From contig CAOKQM010000006.1 in the NCBI GenBank assembly GCA_948470875.1, positions 1 through 47,611 of the forward strand: a stretch of 47,611 nucleotides of DNA, read 5' to 3'. The position numbers and the translations under genes were made by a program. Source of the stretch: an uncultured Clostridium sp. GTDB taxonomy: Bacteria; Bacillota; Clostridia; TANB77; CAG-508. Each line of letters opens with the position of its first letter. The stretch's first letter is position 1. Below the pieces are notes generated by a model. The model saw only the letters and a program-made list of their open reading frames with translations. It had not been told where the DNA came from and searched no databases. Shown here piece after piece: positions 21,868-34,715 of this stretch.

Positions 21868-23034
21868 TTAATCATCTTCTCCTAATTTATTGGCTACAAC
21901 ACTGTGATCACTATCATCGCTATCATCTTTTGTAATAATTAATCCTGTCGAAATTGGTCTTGTTTTATGAGCTCCTGTACTATCAATCGGGTCATTCACA
22001 ATTGTATTATTTACAACTAACACACTTGAAGTTCCACCATCCAAATTGGCTGCATTATAAGCACCATAATCCAAAAGAATATCAATTAAATCGTCCATAT
22101 CTGCCCCTGGTCTTGAAGCGGTTCTTCCATCAATAACTAAAAATAACACAATTCCATCTTTTCTTTGTGCAATCGCTGTTCTTGGCGCAGTTCCCCAACC
22201 ACCATTACCAACAACAGAAGAAGGTTTCCCATTCACAATTAAAAATGGTCCAAATGTTACTGCATCACGAATATCTTTCTGTTTGGCTTCATTGGCATTT
22301 ACTTTAGAAGTTAAAACCAATTTATTATCTCTTGTAAACCCTATCATTCCGCCAGCACCTTTATATTTAGCTTGTGATGCATACGCCCAATTACAAATCG
22401 TCACACCAAGTGGTGAACCACCTGTCCCATTATAATTGGGGTCATCAAATCCACCACCATTAATGGCTAAAATCGCATCATGATCTTCTGCCATAGTTGT
22501 TAAATATTGTCCAGAAATGCCCAAATTTTTCGTACAAACTGCTTGAATTCTGGATGGATCATACACAGCAACCAAATAGCCAGAATATCCTTTTCCTTCA
22601 ATTTCAATAATTTTATAATCATTATTTTTGGGGTCTCTTTCTAAAATTTGTCTTTCAAATTCATTTTTATATTCTGTTGTCTTACCTGCTCCAAAGTGAA
22701 TCAAATCTGTATCTGTATCTTCTGCAATTTCTACAATTTTATTTCTATTTAACACATCCTCAATGACTTCTGGACTATAAAACCAAGTTGCATAATATTG
22801 ATGAGACATAGTCGTCATCGCAGTTGTAATCAGCCATTCTCTAAAATTTTTCCAAGGTCCATAAAGCAATGTTAATCCACTAATAATCCCTATCGAACCA
22901 AGTAAGAATAAAACTGAAAAAAATCTTTTTACACCAATATGTCCACTCTTTTTATTTTCTTTTCGTGCTTTTTTCGCTCTCCTTAATTCTGCTCTTTCTC
23001 CCATAATTTCTTTATCGATTGTACTCATTCTCAT
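21868..23034 (-). CDS. Phosphodiester glycosidase (NAGPA) family membrane-anchored protein
   Basis: AINGGGF, FGPFLIVNG, PRTAIAQRKDG, AANLDGGTSS; start at MRMST with AAGGA RBS. Confidence 0.85.
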   Translation of the reverse strand: MRMSTIDKEIMGERAELRRAKKARKENKKSGHIGVKRFFSVLFLLGSIGIISGLTLLYGPWKNFREWLITTAMTTMSHQYYATWFYSPEVIEDVLNRNKIVEIAEDTDTDLIHFGAGKTTEYKNEFERQILERDPKNNDYKIIEIEGKGYSGYLVAVYDPSRIQAVCTKNLGISGQYLTTMAEDHDAILAINGGGFDDPNYNGTGGSPLGVTICNWAYASQAKYKGAGGMIGFTRDNKLVLTSKVNANEAKQKDIRDAVTFGPFLIVNGKPSSVVGNGGWGTAPRTAIAQRKDGIVLFLVIDGRTASRPGADMDDLIDILLDYGAYNAANLDGGTSSVLVVNNTIVNDPIDSTGAHKTRPISTGLIITKDDSDDSDHSVVANKLGEDD

Positions 23035-23281
23035 GAATTTTTCTTCCTTTCTTAAAAACACCCGTATTTTTAACACAAAAAATAGAAATCTAGGGCAGAC
23101 CAGATTGTCCGCCCTCATCATTTCTATTGTAACGAATTTTTTGTATTTTGTCCATAGTTTTCACAAAAAAATTATCAAAAAATTCTATTTTCGACAACTA
23201 TTTTTTGATAAAACATTGACTTTTTCTTCATTTTTTAGTATATTAGAAAAAGTAACTAAAAAGAATTAGGAGGAAATTTTT

Positions 23282-24154
23282 ATGAATGATTTAACATCAT
23301 TATTATTTAAAACAAATGCCTTTAAAATATGCGAAGAAAATAAACCATTTTGGTTAACATCTGGAACCATTAGCCCTTACTTTTCCAATACTCATTTTCT
23401 ATATGGAAGCCAAAAAGATGCGCAAGAACTTCTTGATTTTATTGATATACAACTAGAAACTGTACCAAAAGATTTAATTCCAGCCAACCTTTTTGAAAAA
23501 GTTTTGGCACAATATGAAAATAACGAAATCTATAAAACAGTTGTTGACAACTTAAAAAAATTCATTGAATCAAAAACTGATTTATCAACCATTGATTATA
23601 TTTCTGGTGGAGAAAGACGTGATTGGTATTTTTCTATTATTCTTGCTTATCTTCTTGGAAAACCACATATCACAATTTACAAAGATTTATCTACTGTTGT
23701 AAGCACTTGTGATTTTGAAGAATCAACACCTGTCACCAAATTAACCAATGCACGTGTTTTACACATCGCAGATTTAATCACACTTGCTTCTAGCTATCTT
23801 CGAGCTTGGGTTCCTGCCATCAAAAATTTAGGTGCCAATATTACAACAAGCGTGGCTGTTGTTAATCGAATGCAAGGTGGCGACCAAGTTTTAATTAACC
23901 TTGGTATTCGTCCTCTATCTTTATTACAAATTAATGATGTGTTATTTCAAAAAGCAAAAAAATTAGGCATTATCAACGATGCTCAACTAGAAATGTTGCA
24001 ACAATTTGCTGAAAATCCAGATAAATCCATGAAAGAATTTTTGACCACACATCCTGAATTTTTAGAAAATTCGCTTCATTCAACCGATCCAAAAACAGCT
24101 AAAAGAGCAAAACTTTGCAAAGACCAAAATTTATATCATCTAGAACAAATTTAA
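23282..24154 (+). CDS. pyrE: Orotate phosphoribosyltransferase-like protein
   Basis: FWLTSGTISPYF and PRPP-loop-like VLHIADLITLASS; AGGAGG RBS; longer than typical PyrE. Confidence 0.65.
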   Translation: MNDLTSLLFKTNAFKICEENKPFWLTSGTISPYFSNTHFLYGSQKDAQELLDFIDIQLETVPKDLIPANLFEKVLAQYENNEIYKTVVDNLKKFIESKTDLSTIDYISGGERRDWYFSIILAYLLGKPHITIYKDLSTVVSTCDFEESTPVTKLTNARVLHIADLITLASSYLRAWVPAIKNLGANITTSVAVVNRMQGGDQVLINLGIRPLSLLQINDVLFQKAKKLGIINDAQLEMLQQFAENPDKSMKEFLTTHPEFLENSLHSTDPKTAKRAKLCKDQNLYHLEQI

Positions 24155-24211
24155 TTTTTTAACTATCAAATTCTGATGATTTTTGTGTATAAATAAAAAA
24201 TCTGTAAAACT

Positions 24212-24253
24212 AAAAAAAGAGCGAAATTTGAGGTGCCTCCTAAAATTTCGCTC
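24212..24253 (-). terminator. Intrinsic terminator between convergent pyrE-like and pilin-like genes
   Basis: gagcgaaattt (24219-24229) / aaatttcgctc (24243-24253) with adjacent A-run. Confidence 0.65.
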
Positions 24254-24268
24254 ATTATATATTCATTT

Positions 24269-24760
24269 TTAAATTTGCTGAATCTGCAATTCTCCAATTT
24301 CTTGGGCATTTCCATTTTCATCATACCACACAACCATATATCGCTCTTCTATTTTCTCAAGCTGAAACTTCCCAACTTCATGAATTTGCTGATTTTCTGT
24401 TTTCAATTTTTCAACATGAATTTCATAAATTCCTTCTTGCCAATTTCCATTTTCATCTTTTACTTGTTCTATAATCAAGTTTTGCTTTAAAAACTCGATT
24501 ACCACATCACAATTATACAGTTCTGAAATATTACGATTATTGGCTTTTGCCTCATTGTTAATTTCAATAAATTTTTGAGTTACTTTATGATTAATTTTTT
24601 CTAATACATCTTCTTTACTATACTGTGTTTCCACTTCTACCACTCGATTTAATACACCATTTTTCCCCACAATTTTATTCATCATCACACCAGCTATAGC
24701 AATTACTAAAATAATGATTAACACTAAAACTCGATAGGCAAATCCATTTTGTTTACTCAT
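24269..24760 (-). CDS. Pilin-like protein
   Basis: MSKQNG/FAYRVLVLIIILVIAIAGV...GKNGVLNR leader similar to the LRR protein's leader. Confidence 0.6.
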   Translation of the reverse strand: MSKQNGFAYRVLVLIIILVIAIAGVMMNKIVGKNGVLNRVVEVETQYSKEDVLEKINHKVTQKFIEINNEAKANNRNISELYNCDVVIEFLKQNLIIEQVKDENGNWQEGIYEIHVEKLKTENQQIHEVGKFQLEKIEERYMVVWYDENGNAQEIGELQIQQI

Positions 24761-24835
24761 TTTTTCATTCCTTTCGCTTTTGGGATACCATTTTTCGTAT
24801 TGTATTACGATTCTTGGTAAAAATCAAGTCATTTT

Positions 24836-27800
24836 TCACTTTTTCGCAATATTTTCTTTTCCCACAATTTCTTCAAATTTCTCCAAAATCTCAGCTGTCA
24901 TATAAACTCCGCCACATGGCTTAGTTTGTCCATTTTGCACAATTTCCAATTTTACATTTGCTCGGTCTCCTGCAAAAAACTTAATTGCGCCACGAAGCCT
25001 GTCTTTTACCTCTTCTGGCAAATTGGTTATATCAATTAACACTTCGTTAATTTTTCGATTTTCACCTTCTTGACTTATACTATTGGCATTCAAATCTTGA
25101 ATTTTACTTGCCACAATCTTTACTGGTTCTTCCTCACGAATAGAAAGTCGACCTTCCACCAAAACAACATTTTCCTCCAATAACGCACTTTGTGAATTAT
25201 GATACACACGATCAAATACAATCAGTTCCACACTTCCATACAAATCTTCAATCGTCACAAATGCCATAATGGTATTATTTTTCGTAAACTTCTTTTTAAG
25301 CTTTGTAATAATTCCTGCATATTTTACATTTTGGTTGTCATGATATTCTAGTGTTTTTCCATATGCTTCCATGTCTTCGTTAATTTTTAGCATATTTAAC
25401 GTATTAATATTGGTCGTTTTTTCAATCAATTCACCATATTTTTCCAATGGATGTCCCGAAATGTAAATCCCAATCATTTCTTTTTCCAAACTTAGTAATT
25501 CTTTTTCGTCAAACTCCTCTTTTTCCACAAATGTATATTTTTTCGTTTCGATTGGTTCTTCATTTTCTTCCATTAAATCAAACATAGAAACCTGATTTTC
25601 CATAACTTTTCTATCTGCATTATTAATTACATCAATAATTCCTTCAAAAGAGGCTAAAAGTGTTGCTCGTGTTTTTCCAAAATCGTCAAAACTCCCCGCT
25701 TTTATCAAACTTTCAATACACTTTTTATTCACACCTTTGTCTTTAATTCTTTCACAAAAAGACGCAAAATTCTCAAATTCTCCATTTTTATTTCGCTCTT
25801 CTACAATACTATTAATTGCTGCAATTCCGACATTTTTTATGCTTCCGAAGTCCAAAACGAATTTGCTTGTTATCTACTGTAAATTTGGTCTCACTTTTGT
25901 TAATATTCGGTGGCAAAATGCCAATATTCATTTTTTTACAATCATTGATATAAATCGGAATTTTGTCTAAATTTCCCAAAAAACTATTTAAGGTTGCTGC
26001 CATCAATTCTTCTTTGTAATACGCCTTCAAATAGGCTGTTCTGTAGGAAACAACTGCATAGGCAGCCGCATGAGATTTGTTAAAAGCATACTTAGCAAAT
26101 TCAATCATTTCGTCAAATATTTTATTCGCAGAATCGCTATCTATTCCATTACGAACACAGCCCGGAACAATGATTTCTCCTTTTTCATCCGTTTGCCCAT
26201 GAATGAAAACTTCTCGCTCTTTTGCCATAACATCTAGCTTTTTCTTTCCCATCGCACGACGTACCAAATCCGCACGACTTAGCGAATACCCTGCCAAATC
26301 ACGCACAATTTGCATAACTTGTTCTTGATACACCATACACCCATAGGTAACATTCAAAATCGGCTCTAAAGCTGGATGAGTATATTCATTATGCCCAGGA
26401 TTTAGTTTTCCTTTGATGTAACGCGGAATTTGATCCATAGGACCAGGACGATACAATGAAACACCTGCAATAATATCTTCTAAACAATCTGGTTTTAATT
26501 CTTTCATAAAAGAAGTCATTCCTGCGCTTTCAAATTGGAAAATACCAAATGTATTGCCTTCTTGCCAAAGCTTGTAAACTTTTGGGTCATTCATCGCTTC
26601 GTCAAATACAACATCAATTCCACGATTTTTTTTCACAAGTTGTTTACAATCTTCAATAACAGTCAAAGTTCTAAGCCCTAAAAAATCCATTTTTAGCAAC
26701 CCTAATTCTTCTAATAAAGTCATAGTGTATTGCGCAACTGGTGTACCATCATTAACGTATAATGGCACATACGTGTCCACTGGATTTTTTGTGATAACAA
26801 CACCACAAGCATGTGTGGATGCATTTCTTGGCATCCCTTCTAAGCCTTGTGCAATATCAATAATTTTCTTGACAGTTTCATCACTTTCATATAAATTTTT
26901 GAGTTCAACATTTTCCTTTAATGCTTTTTCAATGGTAATATGTAACTCAAATGGAATCATTTTGGCTAGTTTGTCCACTTCATTATAAGGTACATCCAGA
27001 ACTCTTCCTACATCACGAATCACACTTCTAGCAGACATCGTACCAAATGTGATAATTTGGGAAACATGATCTGCACCATATTTTCTAGCAACATAATCAA
27101 TCACTTCTCCGACGTCTTTCGTAGCAAAAATCGACATCAAAATCAGGCATACTAATTCGGTCTGGATTTAAAAATCTTTCAAAAAGCAAATTATATTTAA
27201 TTGGATCAATATCCGTAATTCCAATAGCATATGCAACTATAGAACCTGCTCCAGAACCACGACCTGGACCTACTGCAATCCCTGTGCTTTTGGCATAATG
27301 GATAAAATCCCAAACAATTAAGTAATAATCCACATAACCCATTTTTGAAATAACGCTCATTTCATATTCAGCTCTGTCCAAAATTTCTTTAGGCGGATTT
27401 TCACCATAGCGTTCTTTTAAACCATCTGCGCACAATTTTCGGAAATACGCTTCATGTGTTTCAAATTCTTCTGGCACATCATAATTAGGCAATTTCGTAA
27501 CACCAAATTCGAACTCAAACTTGCATTTTTCTGCAATTTTTACAGTATTTTCAATCGCTTCTGGAACACTAGAAAAATAGTCAATCATTTCTTCTGGAGA
27601 TTTGATGTAAAATTCGTCAGTTTCAAAACGCATTCTTTCTTCATCAGTCATTTTTTTGCCAGTTTGAATACAAAGTAAAATTTCATGATTATAACTATCT
27701 TCTTTTTTCAAATAATGCGCGTCGTTTGTGGCAACTAATGGAATGTTTAGCTCACGTGATAATTCAATTAATTTTTGATTAACCATAACTTGCTTCGCAA

Positions 27801-28336
27801 TTCCATTATTTTGAATTTCCAAATAATAATCTTCCCCAAAAACGCGTTTGTGCCATAAAGCAATTTCTTTGGCTTTTTCCATATTCTCTTGCAAAATCGC
27901 CTGACTAAGACTTCCTGCCAAACACGCACTTAAACAAATTAATCCTTCGCTGTATTGTTCTAAAATTTCAGTATCAATGCGGGGCTTATAGTAATAACCT
28001 TCTGTAAAAGACTGGGAGACTAATTTGATTAAATTTTCGTATCCTGTTTGATTTTTTGCAAGAAGAATCAGATGAGAATATCTATCATCAATGCCAGATT
28101 GCTTGTCAGTTCGACTGCGTGGCGCAACATAAACTTCACACCCAATAATTGGCTTTATGCCTTGTGATTTACATTCTTTGTAAAAATTGACGCTACCGAA
28201 ACATGACGCCATGGTCAGTAATAGCAATAGCGTCCATACCAAGTTCTTTGGCGCGTTTTGGTAAATCTTTAATACGGCACATGCCATCTAGCAAGCTGTA
28301 TTCACTATGGACGTGTAAGTGGACAAATTTTGACAT
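24836..28336 (-). CDS. dnaE: DNA polymerase III alpha subunit (three +1 shifts at CGG: 28195-28198, 27108-27111, 25844-25847; 1165 aa joined)
   Basis: True start ATG 28336 ([26 protein letters not shown]); junctions restore TDHGVMFG, CYERRGEVIDY, IRFGLGSIKNVG; [23 protein letters not shown] present. Confidence 0.95.
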
Positions 28337-28362
28337 ACCATACTCCTTTTATCGTTCAAATT

Positions 28363-29704
<1,342 letters not shown>

Positions 29705-29710
29705 CTATAT

Positions 29711-31145
29711 TTATACGTTTACACTTCCAATCTCTGTATTTAATAAATTTTGGTATTTTTCTAAAACGGGATTGACTTGTTCTTGGATAAAATCTGTTAC
29801 TTGATTTTTAGCTCTACCACATAAATTGTCTGGATTTAGCGCCGCAAAAATCTCGTCTTTTGTCATTCCAAATGTTTCATCTTTAGCAATTCTATCCACT
29901 AAATCATTTGGTCTTCCAAATTCTTTGACTTCCCTTCCAGCTTCCATAGAATAAATACGGATTTTCTCATGTAATTCTTGTCTATCTCCCCCTTTTAAAA
30001 CAGCATTCATCAAGATTTCCTCTGTTCCCATAAAAGGCAATTCTTGCATCATGTTAGTTTTGATGACATTTTCATACACAACAATTCCACTTGCAATATT
30101 GGCATATAAAATTAGAATCGAATCCACTGCTAAAAAGGCTTCTGGCACACAAATTCTTTTATTCGCAGAATCATCTAAAGTACGTTCCAACCATTGCGTA
30201 CTTGCTGTCATAGCTGGATCCATTGCTAAAGCAAGAACATGTCTTGCAAGAGAATTAATGCGTTCGCTTCTCATCGGATTTCTCTTATATGCCATAGCTG
30301 AAGAACCAATCTGGTTTTTCTCAAATGGTTCTTCTAATTCTTTTTCATGTTGCAACAAACGCATGTCGTTTGCAAATTTTGAAGCACTTTGTGCAATTCC
30401 AGATAAAAGATTTAACACTCTGCTGTCTAATTTTCGTGTATAAGTTTGTCCGAGAAACGGCAAAAACCTTGTCAAACCCCATTTTTTCTGCAATTTTGCC
30501 ATCAATTTGTTTGACTTTTTCTTCGTCTTTGAATAGCTTCATAAAACTTTCACTCGTTCCTGTTGTTCCTTTACAACCTAATAATTTCATATGACTTTCG
30601 ACAAATTCTAATTCTTCCAAATCTTCTATCAAATCCTGTAGCCATAAAGTTGCCCTTTTGCCAACTGTTGTTAATTGAGCTGGTTGAAAATGTGTATATC
30701 CTAAACAAGTTGTGCCTTTATGTTTTTGCGCAAAATTTTTCAAATGGTTGATAATAACAACCAATTTTTGCTTGATTAATTTCAAAGCCTCAAACATTAA
30801 AATCACATCTGTGTTATCAGTTACATAACATGAAGTCGCTCCCAAATGAATCATTGGCTTAGCCTCTGGACATTTCATGCCAAATTCATATACATGTGAC
30901 ATAACATCATGCCTACATTCTGCTTCTCTTTTGGCAACTACTTCATAATCAATATCGTAAACATGTTCTTTCATTTGTTTAATTTGTTCATCTGTAATCT
31001 CAATTCCAAGCTCTTTTTCTGTTTCGCTAAGTGCTATCCATAATTTTCTCCAAGTTGAATATTTGCTATTATCAGACCAAATATAGTTCATTTCTTTGCT
31101 TGGATATCTACCACTCAAAGGTGTATTATATTTATTTTTTTCCAT
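29711..31145 (-). CDS. purB: Adenylosuccinate lyase (one +1 shift at CGGA 30449-30452; 477 aa joined)
   Basis: RHDVMSH, HLGATSCY, GYTHFQPAQ, junction VS-G-QTYTRK, GSSAMAYKRNPMRSE. Confidence 0.95.
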
Positions 31146-31234
31146 AAGCTTCTCCTTTTATATAAATTCTTTATCATCATATAATTTTTCTGACCAATAG
31201 TCAAGTGTGTCAGCATGATTTATTCTTTAATTTT

Positions 31235-32140
31235 TTAGGTAATCACGGAACCAATCATTCCTGCATCATTTTTCAATTTAGCTGGAACCATAACAGGTAA
31301 TTCTTTTTCATTAAAAATAGCAGCACTTTCTTGCATTTTTTCCATGAACTGATTCCAAATTTCACTTCCTTCATAATAAGCAAAACTGCCTCCAAAACAT
31401 ACAACTTCTGGCTCAAAAATATCAATTAAATTTCCAATTCCTGTTTTCAAATATTCCAAAAAAACAGCTATTTCTTGCTTGACTTTAGAATCATCTTTTA
31501 TTAGCAATTCTTCTCTTAACTGTTTTCCTGAAATATCACTATTTATCTGAAGTGCTTCTGTCACATGCAATTTTAGTGCCTTAATGGAACTATACGTTTC
31601 AAAACATCCTTTTTTTCCACAACTGCAAAGTCTCCCCTCTTGATTTAAAACCATATGCCCAAACTCAAAACCAGAATTTTTTTTCGGCTCTAGCAATTTG
31701 CCACCTAAAAACGCTGCTCCACCAATTCCTGTGCCAATATTGATAAAAACGCAATCATCATACATTTTCATAGCACCATACTTTTTTTCTGCAAGAGCTG
31801 CACATTTTCCATCGTTTCTAAGTTGCATTGAAATTGGATACTGTTTTTGCAATTCTTGAATCAAATTAAAATTTTTCAAATTCAAATTTCCTGCTTTGAC
31901 AATTACTCCATTTGAAATGGTTCCAGGCGCTGCAATCCCCATTAATTCAATTTCTTGTATAGAAAAATTGTACTCTTTTTGTAACTGACTCACCAACTCT
32001 TGGATTGTTTTTAAAATAGCCACTTGCATGTTTTTTTGTTCTTCTTGGCTAAAATTTTTTTCCTTTTTGACAATCATTTCTTCATCCTTTATCAAAGCCA
32101 TTCCTATATGACTTCCTCCAATATCAATTCCAATTTTCAT
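31235..32140 (-). CDS. ROK family sugar kinase
   Basis: GIDIGGSH, NDGKCAALAE, GTGIGG, EFGHM, CSCGKKGCFE. Confidence 0.9.
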   Translation of the reverse strand: MKIGIDIGGSHIGMALIKDEEMIVKKEKNFSQEEQKNMQVAILKTIQELVSQLQKEYNFSIQEIELMGIAAPGTISNGVIVKAGNLNLKNFNLIQELQKQYPISMQLRNDGKCAALAEKKYGAMKMYDDCVFINIGTGIGGAAFLGGKLLEPKKNSGFEFGHMVLNQEGRLCSCGKKGCFETYSSIKALKLHVTEALQINSDISGKQLREELLIKDDSKVKQEIAVFLEYLKTGIGNLIDIFEPEVVCFGGSFAYYEGSEIWNQFMEKMQESAAIFNEKELPVMVPAKLKNDAGMIGSVIT

Positions 32141-33072
32141 AATGTTTCTCCCTTTTCAAACATTTTATCCATCACTTTTCCATAAATCTGTTTTGCAATT
32201 TCATAGCCATTTGGCATACTCTCACAAAATTTGCTAATAACCACTTCTGAATTAACCTCCATAACAGAAACTTCTTTCTTTTCTGTAACCATAATATCAA
32301 TGGTAGAAAAACTAAGTTGCATTATTTTGCCGACTTGTAACGCAATTTTTTTCACTTTTTCGTAATACAAATCTGTATCATCCACCAAAAGTGGAATGGC
32401 ACCATTACTCAAATTATGTTTCCAACCAACAATCACTTTTTCGCCTTCAGCAGGAATTTTTTCTAACTCTAAATCTTTAATTGGTTCTAGCAAATATTTT
32501 AAATCACGTGCCATTAATTCTTTTACATTTAGTTTCCCATCGCCAACCACAAACGGTTTTTGCTTTTTGTAAATATAAATGATTTCTCCATATAAAAATA
32601 TCGCTCGATATTCATATTCGATTTCCTGATAAGGACACACAACAATTGCTGGTATTTGTTTTTCAAACAATGAATTTACAATTTGTAGTTTTTCTTCTTG
32701 TGTATTTGCCACAAAAACATCTTTCCCTTCTGAAGAATCATTGGCTTTTATGATTTGTTTTTCAGCGTTTTTTACACATTCATAATTCTGATTAATATTT
32801 TCTGATCCAGGAATTAATTTTTCATGAAACAACACTTCGTGTTTTATCATTGGAATATCATAATAACTCAATACAGCATAGGTAGAATATTTATCTTTGG
32901 CTAATCCAGAACTAAGTTTAGAATTTAAGTAAAAATTATGGTTCACTAATTTTCGTTCTATGCCATTTTTTCTCAAAAGCGAAATCCAATCATACGAAAT
33001 ATCGATTTTTTCAATTCCTTTTTCCTGGCAAATTTCTTCAATTACTTTTTTCCTAAATAATGGCGCGTCCAT
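32137..33072 (-). CDS. ATP-grasp domain protein (RimK / cyanophycin synthetase-like)
   Basis: KDKYSTY, IIKAN.SSEGKDV, EYRAIFL, HNLSNGA, IDIM...VMEVNS. Confidence 0.75.
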   Translation of the reverse strand: MDAPLFRKKVIEEICQEKGIEKIDISYDWISLLRKNGIERKLVNHNFYLNSKLSSGLAKDKYSTYAVLSYYDIPMIKHEVLFHEKLIPGSENINQNYECVKNAEKQIIKANDSSEGKDVFVANTQEEKLQIVNSLFEKQIPAIVVCPYQEIEYEYRAIFLYGEIIYIYKKQKPFVVGDGKLNVKELMARDLKYLLEPIKDLELEKIPAEGEKVIVGWKHNLSNGAIPLLVDDTDLYYEKVKKIALQVGKIMQLSFSTIDIMVTEKKEVSVMEVNSEVVISKFCESMPNGYEIAKQIYGKVMDKMFEKGETL

Positions 33073-33160
33073 TTTTCCTCCTAAATAATTTTATTTCGCC
33101 TTTATTTTATCGAATAAATGCCTTGTAGTCAATAAAAAATAAGACAAATCTATCTTCTAT

Positions 33161-33200
33161 AATAAAAAGCCGGCAGTTAGTCTAACTGCTGGCTTTTATT
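33161..33200 (-). terminator. Intrinsic terminator
   Basis: aataaaaagccggcagttag-t-ctaactgctggcttttatt inverted repeat directly after the stop of 33201-33428. Confidence 0.75.
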
Positions 33201-33428
33201 TTATTTATCTCCACACAACACTTCTGCAAGTATGATAGCAAGAATCAAAATTATAAAAAAAATAATTTTGGCAACTACCTTACACCCTTCAAATTGAAAA
33301 TTCTTTGCTAAGAATTCGCCTAATAGCGAACTTAAAAAAATAATGGCAAACATCACAATCGCAAACATAGCTAAAACTATGAAAGCCCGCTTAAACATGT
33401 CTTTCATCCTCGAAAAAAATTTATCCAT
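33201..33428 (-). CDS. Small hypothetical two-TM membrane protein (in-frame CGG at codon 14)
   Basis: 75 aa, AGGAGG RBS, own terminator. Confidence 0.6.
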   Translation of the reverse strand: MDKFFSRMKDMFKRAFIVLAMFAIVMFAIIFLSSLLGEFLAKNFQFEGCKVVAKIIFFIILILAIILAEVLCGDK

Positions 33429-33530
33429 TTTTTCCCCTCCTAAAATTTGATGATGAAATTATATCACAAAAGTCATAAAAAGTCAATTCTACGCATACAC
33501 TAAAACAAAAAGCTTAGAAAGGAACTGATT

Positions 33531-33770
33531 ATGGATTATAACAAAGGTCTTGATTTCAAGCATAAAGAAGTTATTAATATCAAAAACGGAAAACGCCTAG
33601 GACATGTCCAAGACGTTACTGCTGATTTAAAAACAGGCACCATTACCTCTATTATTGTACCTGGAAATGTCAAACTTTTTAACTTTTTTTCCACCGGAAA
33701 TGATATTGTTATTCCTTGGGAAAATATCACTTGTATTGGTGATGATATCATTTTAGTAGAATATGAATAA
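33531..33770 (+). CDS. YlmC/YmxH family sporulation protein (PRC barrel)
   Basis: KEVINIKNGKRLG.V.D...IPWENI.CIGDDIILV. Confidence 0.9.
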   Translation: MDYNKGLDFKHKEVINIKNGKRLGHVQDVTADLKTGTITSIIVPGNVKLFNFFSTGNDIVIPWENITCIGDDIILVEYE

Positions 33771-33796
33771 AACAAAATTGCAAATGGCAAACATTT

Positions 33797-34572
33797 TTAT
33801 TTATACAACCTGCGAATATGGTCAATTGCTGTTTTTTCCAAACGAGAAACTTGCGCTTGCGAAATCCCAATTTCTTCTGCTACTTCCATTTGTGTTCTTC
33901 CTGCAAAAAATCTTTTATTGATAATCATTTGTTCTTTTTCATTTAGTTTTTTCAAAGCTTCTGCAATCGTAATATTCTCAGCCCACATTTCATCTGTATT
34001 TTTCTTATCTTTGACTTGATCCATAATATAAATGCTATCACTTCCATCGTTATAAACTGGCTCTTGTAGCGAAACTGGGTCTTGAATAGCATCCAAACTC
34101 ATAACAATATCTTCTCTATCCACTTCTAATGCTTTAGCAATTTCATCAATATTTGGCTCTTTGCCTGTTTCTTTTGTAATTCTTTCCTTGGCTTGCAAAA
34201 CTTTATATGCCAAATCTCGAATCGAACGACTCACACGCACCATATTATTATCACGCAAATATCTACGAATTTCGCCAATTATCATTGGCACAGCATAGGT
34301 ACTTAATTGAATATCTAACGTGATATCAAAATTATCAATCGCTTTTATCAAACCAACACAACCTACTTGAAATAAATCATCAGAATTCTCTCCGACGTCC
34401 TCCAAATCTTTGAATGACACTTAATACTAATCTTAAATTTCCGTGAAATTATTTTTTCTCTTGCTCCTTCTACTCCATCTTTCATTGCTTGAAACAATTC
34501 TTTATTTTCTGCATTTGTTAATACTTTTAATTTAGAGGTGTTTACGTTACTGATTTCAACTTTGTTAATCAA
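33797..34572 (-). CDS. sigG: Sporulation sigma factor SigG (two +1 shifts at CGGA 34440-34443 and 34391-34394; 257 aa joined)
   Basis: NKVEISNVNTSKL start; joined reading IS-G-NLRLVLSVIQRFGGR-G-ENSDDLFQVGCVGL matches SigG region 2. Confidence 0.93.
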
Positions 34573-34715
34573 AATGAAAACCCCCTTTTATTTTTGTAAT
34601 TACATTATTTCCAAATTTAGGTTGTTTTATACCTATCCTCAAAATAAAGCAAAACTTTTTTCAATCCGCCAAAAACAAGAAAAAACTGACCATTAAGTCA
34701 GTTTTCTCTTCTGCG

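Noticed and set aside
23035-23121. In-frame CGG (23062-23064) in the annotated N-terminus of the phosphodiester glycosidase ORF
   Set aside because: It lies upstream of the probable true start (ATG 23034 with RBS), so it is not a coding counterexample.
28199-28287. ORF-track N-termini of downstream fragments (e.g. MACAVLKIY of 27097-28287, MMAKLQKK of purB, MFCCLQMN of the ltaS-like gene)
   Set aside because: These are out-of-frame extensions upstream of the shift sites; the family-matching sequence is in the other frame up to the CGG.
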